Shown piece by piece: positions 1-9,314 of a stretch of 64,000 nucleotides of DNA. Each line of letters opens with the position of its first letter. Position 1 is the stretch's first letter. A model generated the notes under the pieces. That model saw nothing but the letters and a program-made list of their open reading frames with translations, was not told where the DNA came from and made no database searches. The translations under genes and the position numbers were made by a program. Source of the stretch: Balanoglossus misakiensis (Eukaryota; Animalia; Hemichordata); contig CM082591.2 of NCBI GenBank assembly GCA_040954595.2, positions 3,090,259 to 3,154,258 of the forward strand, in the 5' to 3' direction.

Positions 1-229
1 CAGTGTGTTCTCTCCCTCAAGGCCTCTGACGTGGAACGCTGTTGCTGCAATTGAGTGGAAACTCTGAGTTAATGAAGTTTATGTTTGCTCTAAGAAAGAT
101 GTGTCCAACCACCACCACCAACAACAACATAACAACCTTTACAGCCATACCAATACTACTATTGAACCACCACAAATGCCGTTACTCTAGCTACGAGCAC
201 GATATCTGAAAGCACACAAAACGAAATTC

Positions 230-1723
230 TCATGTCTTACTTTCACTCGTGGCACAAGCTACCGGCGGAGCTGTGACTGTTTCCCCACGCGGATAGCAGT
301 AAACGTCCCTGCTTGCGGTGAGCGCTTCACTGGGGAACACGACCAAACCAACCCGGTTGCCACACTTCGGGATGGCCTCCTGCATGATGTACCTCACCAC
401 GCCATCTGCATTCCATCCGCGTTCACACATCTCATACCCAGCGAACCAGGCGTCGTACATGTGATCCAAGGTCGCTATTTCAGCACAGTATTTCTTACAT
501 TCTTCCACGGCTTCGACGAAGGAAAGACTGTTCTTGCCCTTTTCCCCTTGGACATGGAACAGCGAAGCTTAAATGTAAAACGAGGAAACGTATTCATTCA
601 TGTGCATAATAAAATCGCAAGCAAGGGAAATCATATACAAATGTACTATATTGATACATTATTAAACGATATGGAAAATGACTTACTGTGGTTACTTATG
701 CAGTGTTCTGTTTGATGACTTCCAGTTCCAAGTTCACCATCACCATTATTGTTGGTGGTGTTATCGTCTTCTACGTCATCATTGCTTTCAGTTCTGCCTT
801 CAAACTGGTCCAATGTTACAGTCGCTGTTGAAGCTACGCTGGAGTATGGTTCCATATCGTGGTCCCCCGTTGTCATGGCTTTGCTGGTCACCTCTGGTTG
901 TTCTGACTGCACTTCTGGTGGTCTGTAAGTGGATTGGTCTGTCTCCGTTGTAGTGAGCAATACACCATTTAAACTTGGTGTATGGGATTGCATGAATTCT
1001 TTGGTATGTCCATATGCCCCGGAGTTCATTGTGGTCATCGCTTTGCTGGTCACCTCTGGTTGTTCTGACTGCACTTCTGGCGGTCCAGAAGTGGATTGGT
1101 CTGGCTCCGTTGTAGTGAGCAATAAACTGTTGAAACTCTGAGTCGAGGATTGCATGAACTCTGTTGTATGTCCATGTGCCTCGGAGTTCATTGTTGTCAT
1201 CGCTTTGCTCTTCATCTCTGGTTGTTCTGACTGCACTTCTGGTGGTCCGGACGTGGACTGGTCTGGCTCCGTTGAAGTGAACAACAAGCCATTGAAACTT
1301 GGTGTCTGGGATTGCATTAACTGCTTGGCGTGTCCGCCTGCTTCGGAGATTTCACCATTTACATTGCTACCAATGATACCTTTTTATGAAAGAGACCAAA
1401 AATATCAGCGTGTATTGAAACACAGTCACATTTCACAGAACACTCGGCCATTAATAGATTGAGGAGGGTTGAAAATGTGAACGGAAAAGAGGAAAGACAA
1501 ATAGTCCTATCACAGAATCGATCGGACACGCACATGAAAATTCTCAGATCTCACCTGCTTCGGAGCCAAACTTTGCACCCAACATGAAACACAGCGCAGC
1601 TAAACCCAAAGCAAATGCCAGTAGTAACAAAATGATAGGTTTCCTATTATTCTTTATGGTATTTCCCTTTCGATAATTGCCTGCTTCTGTGTCAGGATCA
1701 AATACCCCGATTCTGGTTGACAT
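230..1723 (-). CDS. Type II membrane mucin/proteoglycan-like protein with C-terminal Link (Xlink) module, ~399 aa. Exons 1723-1555, 1379-687, 567-230
   Basis: ATG at 1723. Exon 1 has a basic cytosolic stretch followed by a hydrophobic helix (PIILLLLAFALGLAALCFMLG). Both introns are phase-1 GT-AG (G|GTGAG at 1554, A|GTAAGT at 686) and join in frame. Exon 3 reads LFHV..GKNSLSFVEAVEEC...IAT...AWFAGYEMC..GW.ADG.VRY....PKCG...G......DVYCY, matching the Link module pattern with its four Cys. The 3' end is uncertain because a donor-like A|GTAAGA lies at 240, just before the TGA. Confidence 0.85.
868..1317 (-). repeat. Coding tandem repeat, 162-bp (54-aa) unit, ~2.8 copies, Ser/Thr/Pro/Glu-rich stalk
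   Basis: Units start at ATGs 1317, 1155 and 993 (spacing exactly 162), each MQS.T.S.N.LL.T.TE.DQST..PPEVQSEQPE..SKAMTT. Confidence 0.95.
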
Positions 1724-2975
1724 TATGTCAGTGTTCTCCAATTCTCATCAAATAAGAAGAGTTTTCTGTCGAGTAGCGAAATAAGGACGCACTTGTTGCT
1801 GACCCGTGTACAGGTGTAAGTGCCGAAAGCCTGTACTATTTCTTTCCAATAATTCTACATCAGTTCTCTTCCAACGTATGTATTCTTACCAAAGGATTAT
1901 AGTTGGCCCAGGGGGGAAACGTATCCTTGATAAATTGACCTTCGTTGCAGAGTATTCAAAACAGACTAAATCTTAATCCTAACCCAAAAGGCAAATCCAT
2001 CGCTTTCGTGTGCATTGTCCACCAGCGCAGTGACGTGGGGCATCATTGGTAAAATAAAACGGTGGGTTAAAAGTTCGGGTCAAGTTATAAACCCATTAAA
2101 ACTGCCTGTATTTGCATCATACCGCGATAGTTGTGTACCAGTCCTATATCTGTAAGCTTATTTAGGTGGACCAACTCAACTTTGGAAGTATGAAAATGAC
2201 GCAAAAAGTCACAGCCCATAGTTTTACTGTCATATGTTATTACATATTTGTTAATTAAACACTGTTGCATATTGTGTACTAAATTATGTATAGTGCTCTT
2301 CCCCGTCATGTTTGCATGTTTTCATTTGGACTCGCTCAGTAGTATTCATCTTATTCAAATTTGCACTGTAATAGACTATGACTTCTGATTGGATAAAACA
2401 GCTACAACACAGGTGTGCATCATCAAGGCAGCCAGTGCGTTCCCATTGCCTGTCAGGTAGGTTTGTGTTCTTGTGCTCTGCGGCAGTAATGTGTTCATAC
2501 TCTTCCTTTCATTAATAAAAAGCAAAAAGGCTCGGATTGCTATCGTTCCTGGTTTAGCAATCTTGTTGACTGAAGTGTGGTGAACGTCAAAAATTATTTG
2601 CATGTGTAAAAAAGCCTTGGGCCTCTGTTGGGTTCAGCAATTTGACGGTGGTGTCTTGGCTTTGCACGGGGAAGCATGGCTTCCTCGCTCGCTAAACTGG
2701 CTTTGACCACTCGTTCTCGTTCCTGCCAGTCATTCAGGATTACACTGTTCAGAACTTAGAGTCCGGGGCTTTATTTGCTGCTGATATCATTCACACAGAA
2801 TTTGCTACTGGGTTTGAACTTGCAAAAACATGAGGAGAATAAATTTGTAGGCAAGTAAAGCAATGCGTTTCAGGAGAACTTTTGATTTTTACACAGTGTA
2901 CATGCGGATCATCTTGGAGTAACCTGAAACCCAGGGCACCGTGAGAGCTTAGGAAGTGACGTGTAGACACAAACC

Positions 2976-5900
2976 ATGGTTGTCAAAACTCTAACGTTGA
3001 TCGCAAGTTTGTGTGCCATTGTAATCTGTTCAGGTAAGATGTAACCCCTTTCGTGTTCTAGTCGATTTTTGAGAAGAAATTATCGTGGACGACGCCATGG
3101 ATGACGCATATGTCATTTCTGAACATTGAATTGGCAATGGAATCCTAATAGGCTTGTATTATAAGAATAACCATTAGCGTGTAGGCATATTCACATTGAA
3201 AAAATCAATTTAATTTTTTTCTTAAACTATCTTCACGCTCGACCAATTGATAAAACTTTTCTTTAGATTACAAAGACAAAGTACCCATGGCTCGATTGGA
3301 CATCTTGAATGCGGTTATAGGGGAGGCAGCCTCCCACGTTGACCGCGCCATTCACCGGAGTCAAGAGTACTTTGAAGATAGTTGCCCGAGGACGGCCGCT
3401 GACTTTCACATACTGTTCAGATACCCACCGCCGGAGGCAATCGAGATGACCAGATCTCAAGACATTCTGGAGGAGGTGGTGGAGATGATGGGCTCCCTCT
3501 GGAGAAATGCCGGAGGCGAGGGGTCACACGGAGGCAAGTACAAACCCTTTGGTTTAATGACTTATCATACAGTATCAGAGTTTTATTAAAGACGCACTAG
3601 CTGCATTTTTCTTCGTTGTTTAAAGACATAGTAGCTGCATTGGGCATTATGTTCTGGTGGTCACTCCACAAACAATAGTGTGATACTAAATTAAACTGCA
3701 GCTAGATTTATGATCCATTAGTATTAAAACGTGACAATTTGGAATTCATTTACACCAGCAGCAGATATGATAGTTAACTTTCAAGACACAGCTCACATTG
3801 GTCAGGACTATACCATAACAAGAAAATTAAACGATTTGAAAGCGATATTTACTGTATCTACTTTAAATTTCAGGCGGCATTGAAACGCTTACACCAGAGG
3901 AATTAAAGTACCTGATCGAGGAAACAGGCTGCATGGCTTATAGGTTTAGAACTACTGCATGCGAAGAATCGATGTGCTTCCACGCCAGGTATAGATCTCC
4001 AGACGGTACCTGCAACAACTTTCGACACCCAAATCGTGGTTCCTCCCTCCAACCTCTCGCGAGATTGCTGGATCCCGTCTACGAGAATGGAGTCCACACT
4101 CCGCTGGGATGGACACCTGGGAAACTGCACAACGGATTCCCGATCCCCCTTGCACGAACTGTGACATCTGAAATCATCACAAGTTTTGAATTCACGGAAC
4201 ATGCGATTTTGACAGGGATGACTGTCGTCTGGGGCCAGTTTCTGGCGCACGACATGTCCCTGTCTATAGCAGAACCTAGCCACGTGTCTTTTGCGCACGG
4301 GAAGAGCTGCAGCAAGGTCTGCGAGAACGTCTCACCCTGTTTCCCTATCCAGTTGCCAGCAGACGACCCGAGGCGACCGGAACAGACCTGTCTGGAGTTC
4401 ACCAGGTCAGGCGCGGTGTGCGGCACCGGCCAGTCGTCCCTCCACGAGACACACAAACTCGCACGAGAGCAGCTGAACGGAGTTAACTCGTACCTCGACG
4501 CATCGCACGTGTACGGCAACAGTGTTGAACTTGCGCAAGAAATGCGAGATTTCGACTCGAAGATTGGACTTTTGGAAGTCGGGCTAGTAGAAGACAAAAC
4601 TGGCAGGCCAGTTCTACCACTGGATGACAAGCCGCCACTTAAATGTTTTGCAGATGAAACGAAGACAATCATGGGTCCTTGTTTCAAAGCAGGGGACATC
4701 AGAGCCAATGAAATTCCACCTTTGACGTCTCTGCATATATTATTTCACAGGGAACACAACCGAATAGCAACCGCCCTCGCGAGTATAAACCCACGCTGGG
4801 ACGGCGAGACGATTTACCAAGAAACTAAGAAGATCGTGGGGGCGCTGTTCCAGCACATAACGTTCTCCGAGTACTTGCCTAGTTTCATGGGGGAGGGCTT
4901 GAAGGATGAGATGGGTGGATATGCAGGCTATGATCCTGAACTGGACGCCAGTTCCACCAATGTCTTTGCCACCATGGCGCTCAGGTGCGGCCATGCGTTC
5001 ATCGCGCCGGTCATTGCGAGACTTGGTCCCGACTACGAGCCGATTCCAGAGGGGAACTTTCTGCTCCACCAAGGGTTCTTCCAGCCGTTGAGGATCATCA
5101 AGGAAGGGGGAATCGATCCCATCATACGCGGCTTATTCGCCGTGGGCGCCAAGGATTTGAACTCCAGAGAGCTGGTGACCTCTGAATTGACCGAACACCT
5201 CTTCGAGACGTCAGACCGGATGGCGCTCGATCTGGAATCCCTGGACATCCAGCGCGGTCGCGACCACGGCCTCCCGTCATACAACGATTGGCGCGAGTTT
5301 TGCGGGCTGGGGAGGGCCACGAAATTCAACCACTTACGGAAGCACATCTCGAACAAGGCGGTCTTGAGGAAGTTCAGGCAACTGTACCACCACCCTGATA
5401 ATATTGACGTGTTCATTGGGGCTTTGGTTGAGGATCCTCTACAGGGAGCTGTGATGGGACCACTTGCCCAGTGCTTGTTTATGATTCAGTTGAAGAAGAC
5501 CAGACATGGCGACAGGTATTTCAGTAGCCACATGTGCCTGGAGGTGTCGAATGACTTTTATATTGCATAAAACAGATGCCGTTCGACATCTTCAGACCCC
5601 AGTGACTATAACTCATTATTATACCATATTGTTTTCTCAACTACTCAAAGGCATATGAAGTTCTGAAGTTCTCTGGGTTTATTTTGACCCTCTGTGGTTT
5701 GGCTGCCCTTGTTCTGCAGCTGCTGCCTCCCTACTCTTTGAGACGGCAGCAGCAAATCTACGAAAACAGCAGAAGTTTGCCTAAAGACGGGCATATCTGT
5801 ACACTTGGGGGATTTCCAACTGCACAAACTTGAATCCAATTTGACTTTCAGATTCTGGTACGAAAATCCGGGAGTATTCACCAGTGCCCAGTTGGGAGAA

Positions 5901-6479
5901 CTCAAGAAGTCTTCTCTGGCTCGCATGATATGCGACAACACGGACATCGACGAAGTGCAGGCGAACGTCTTCCTGAAAACTAACCGAGCAGACTACAAGA
6001 AGTGTGTCGATATTCCCGCCGGGGTGAACTTAGAGATGTGGCGTCAACGTGGCAGAGGTAGGTTATTTTTACAGTGCAGTCTGAGAGTTGAAAGAGAACT
6101 TGGTATAGAGTGTACATGTAGCTTCAGAATTGTGTGCAGGTTGATGGGTGTGTGTAACAGTCATGCTATGTTTCAGTTAAACGACGTGTAGAGTTGCAGA
6201 GTAAACTTTTTTTTCTCTTCACATGTAGATAAGGAAGCACCCAAGATAACTTGTCCCGGAGATATTGTGTTTGAAGTCGGACCAACTGCCAACGGACAAG
6301 AATGGATAGCTATCTGGGACGAGCCAACAGTTTCTGATAGAGATGAAAATGTATCAATTGTGAGCACCCGTCAAAGCGGGGATACTTTCCCAGAGGGAGT
6401 GACGACAGTGACCTACTCAGCCAGTGACTCTTCAGGAAACTGTGCGACGTGTTCATTTTCAGTGGATATTTCGGCATAG
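2976..6479 (+). CDS. Secreted animal heme peroxidase (peroxidasin-like catalytic domain) with C-terminal HYR domain, ~807 aa. Exons 2976-3033, 3267-3533, 3874-5515, 5852-6057, 6229-6479
   Basis: Signal peptide MVVKTLTLIASLCAIVICS. Peroxidasin-type pro-region (EAASHVDRAI...LFRYP). Catalytic motifs RYRSPDGTCNN, WGQFLAHD (distal His), GDIRANE (distal Arg/Glu), RCGH (proximal His), IQRGRDHG, GDRFWYEN, SLARMICDN. The last exon, DKEAPKITCP...WDEPTVSD...SGDTFPEGVTTVTYSASDSSGNCATCSFSV, is a HYR pattern. Exon lengths sum to 2424 nt, in frame. Confidence 0.92.
3586..3642. repeat. Two adjacent copies of a TTAAAG(A/G)...TAGCTG(C/T)A motif, a possible DNA-transposon/MITE terminus; related copy at ~53866
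   Basis: ttaaagacgcactagctgcatt (3586), ttaaagacatagtagctgcatt (3620) and ttaaagggacattagctgtagt (53866). The TTAA-flanked start resembles TTAA-targeting elements. No transposase seen. Confidence 0.35.
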
Positions 6480-7169
6480 AATGTGTTTTCAGCAGTTTTT
6501 ACTTCAATTTATATTTTGAATGCCTGTATCAAAGTCGATACGCCTGGTATCTCGTCAGAGTTATGGTAGGAATGTTTACCCTTTAATATCATGGTTTGGT
6601 CTAACCTTAATTGAACCTGCGAGCCTACGAGCAATAATTGCCCACCACGGCTCCAGAATATTATGAACGATGACGAAATTTATGATTAAAAATCATAAAA
6701 CACTTTGTGGTATTTTAGTTCAATTTTATCGCATTTTATTCTGTTACAAATTATGATAAATTTTAGTGATTTATCGGTTATGAGTTTATAAGATTGATTA
6801 CTGTCCTATTATTGCAATAGGTTTTGTTCTATTTTATTATTATTTAAATGCATGAGATTTCTAGGAATTTTGGGATCGTGTGATTTCTTTTTGATGGAAA
6901 ACGTGACAAAATAAAACCCAAATATTCGGACTCGCTGTATTACTAGAGGATAATTAATGTTCATTAACGCTGAAAATGTTGATCTTCTCAGCAATAAATG
7001 ATCTAATTCCAAAGTTTGAAACGTTAATTTATTTTATTTTTGTCCTGAGTCTGCTGATGGTGGCTCGTGTTGGTATAGAAAGCAAGTACAGCGCGAATCG
7101 TGTCCATTTCTTAGGAAAGACGCCATGTTTATATCGGGGAATTCCCTTGTACCACGTGAGTGTGTTCTA

Positions 7170-7220
7170 TGACGTACTTCCGGCTTCCCCGTAAATGTCG
7201 TTCCCGTTGCGCCATTATGG
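7170..7220 (+). promoter_or_regulatory. Candidate promoter of the short ankyrin gene (adjacent ETS and CRE half-site, YY1-like site)
   Basis: tgacgtacttccgg at 7170-7183 (CCGGAAGT-ACGTCA on the minus strand) and gcgccattat at ~7209, in a CpG-richer patch ~130 bp upstream of ATG 7313. Confidence 0.45.
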
Positions 7221-7312
7221 TTGAAGTCGGGAATGGTGTGCTAGAGAACGAATGCACACGACTGTGATGCAGATTTTGTGATATTCAGGACCTCGTCTAC
7301 AACACAGTGAAG

Positions 7313-8303
7313 ATGAACTCGATTTTAGGTGAGCCGTTTCGTCTCTTCGTAACTAGCCACAACAGATTGAGCTGCTGCGCTGTTACTGCGCTAGTGCACC
7401 GGCTGGGCTTGGCTGGTACCCTGCCTCGGTGACAAAGGTTTTTCTTTCATAATAAATATGTCATGCTTCTTTACTTTGCCAGGGACTCTAGTTCCATCGT
7501 TCCACGCACGATATTCAAGTCCTGTGGAGGAGGTGTTTACAGCTATCAGCCTCGGCCAAGGTCACATCGTGGCGGAAAATTTGAAGAAGGTCGATTCAAT
7601 GTCAATGTCCCGGGGGTTGACTTTTTTACACCAGGTGGCGATGTCCAACAGGTACAAGTTAGTGGCTCCGTTATACGCGCTTGCCAACTATGGCAGGCTT
7701 CTCCAGGTACCTGCCGGCAAGGAGTCTGTTGAGTTTGCGGGAATGACGGCCATCGAGGTGGCGGAAAAGTTGAAGAACCGATCAGTGCTGCAGAAACTGA
7801 AGATTCATAAAATGTTCGAGGAGAGCTTGAGTGAACTTCATGTGGCGTCGCGGGACGGGGACATTGAGGCAGTCAAAGCGCTGTGTCTCGGAGAATACAT
7901 GTATAAAGTCGACACGCCGGGGCTTTACGGGAATACGTCTCTGTACACAGCATGTGTCAGTGGAAAGCTCGAAGTAGCGAAAGTGTTGATGTCCCACGGC
8001 GCGAATCCGCGACAGAGGAACGACTGGGGCGACACGATGCTCCACCGATCTGCCAGATGGGGGCAGGTGGACGTCGTAGAGTACTTTCTAGAGGAGAATC
8101 AGTACTTGGATATTGACGCAATGAACTATGATGGCTGCACTGCTTTGCACATGGCTGCCTTGTACGGAAGCTTGCCGGTCGTCCAACTCCTGCTGGAGTG
8201 CGGTGCGTATCCGAGGGCGCGAAACAACAACGGGAGAACGCCAGTGGATTACGCGCAAGAGGAGGGGCACCATGATGTTTTTGTGGCTCTAAACAATCCA
8301 TAG
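7313..8303 (+). CDS. Ankyrin-repeat protein, ~278 aa. Exons 7313-7328 and 7483-8303
   Basis: ATG AAC TCG ATT TTA G|GTGAG joins in phase 1 to ttgccag|GG ACT CTA. Repeated ankyrin motifs: GLTFLH, GNTSLY, GDTMLH, GCTALH, GRTPVD. Confidence 0.88.
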
Positions 8304-9117
8304 ACTGGAACTTTTCATTTTATAAATGAGAATTTAATGTAAACCTGAGTGCCCTTAAGCATTCGGCATACAATACAGGTGCTCTCAGGAATTCTAGTTT
8401 AAAAAATTCAACAATTGACAGAAAACTACAATTCCTAGAAATGCCTGTTTTGTACGCCGCATCCTTAACTAATGATTTTATTGTTTTAAAAACAAATTGT
8501 GGAATGTCTTTGTGTGTGGTGTATATTCCTGCACATGAGATCAGAATTAGCATGAACAAGAAAAAGCCCCTTATCACAGTCATAAATCAGCTGACTTAGA
8601 CCTTTAACCTACCTCTAATACTAAGCTCCAACACATGCAAGTTACAGTTGCACCACTACAATACTTTTCTAGATTTTTCTGCAACTAAATCCCAAGTGAA
8701 AACACCATTTTTGTGACATCACAAGCTGAATAATATTACAAATATTTTATATTTTCTGAATGTTCTTTCAATTGTAATATAGCAAAACAAATCAAATAAA
8801 GATATTGAAATAAAGAAATCTTGTGGTTTGTTGGTATAGCATATCATACATCATTCAGAGCTACGTACATTATGATCAATTTCTTTTGTTTTAGGATAAT
8901 TTTCAGCGCACAGATTCATTAACTAATCTGTTCTATTATTCCAAAGTTGCCTGAGATATTCAAAAGGTTATAAAGGCTTTGTTTCCGTGCACAGACTGTC
9001 ATTTTATTTTATCCGACGAAAGGAAAACAAATTTACTGTCAACACTACTGAGGGCGCTAGGGCAATGGCGTCGATGTGTTGGGTGGGTGGTGACATTTGA
9101 CGGAACAGCTTTCACGT

Positions 9118-9159
9118 CGTTGTTTTGGGTCAAAGGTCGTTGTTTTGGGTCAAAGGTCG
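9118..9159 (+). repeat. 20-bp direct duplication carrying two GGGTCAAAGGTCG (DR1-like nuclear-receptor) elements just upstream of the long ankyrin gene
   Basis: cgttgttttgggtcaaaggt is repeated head to tail in the CpG-rich promoter region. Confidence 0.7.
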
Positions 9160-9314
9160 ACTCGTCGTTGTTGGTATCCCACTCGGCCGCGAATATCAAA
9201 TGAACGCTTAGTTAGTGGCCGTGAAAAGCCGGGTAGCTGAGTTCCCGGCGGCAAGACGAACCCATATAGGGAAAGTTTGTCCATCTGTAGGCCCGTGCGG
9301 GTAGAACTTCAGCG

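Noticed and set aside
160-240. Extra terminal exon of the Link gene through an acceptor at 206
   Set aside because: The implied intron (240-206) is only 35 nt, too short to accept without transcript data.
3903-5416. Long antisense ORFs over the peroxidase exon (also 22247-22878, 7957-8301 and 12441-13085 over other genes)
   Set aside because: Shadow frames of real coding exons, with no recognisable motifs or splice support.
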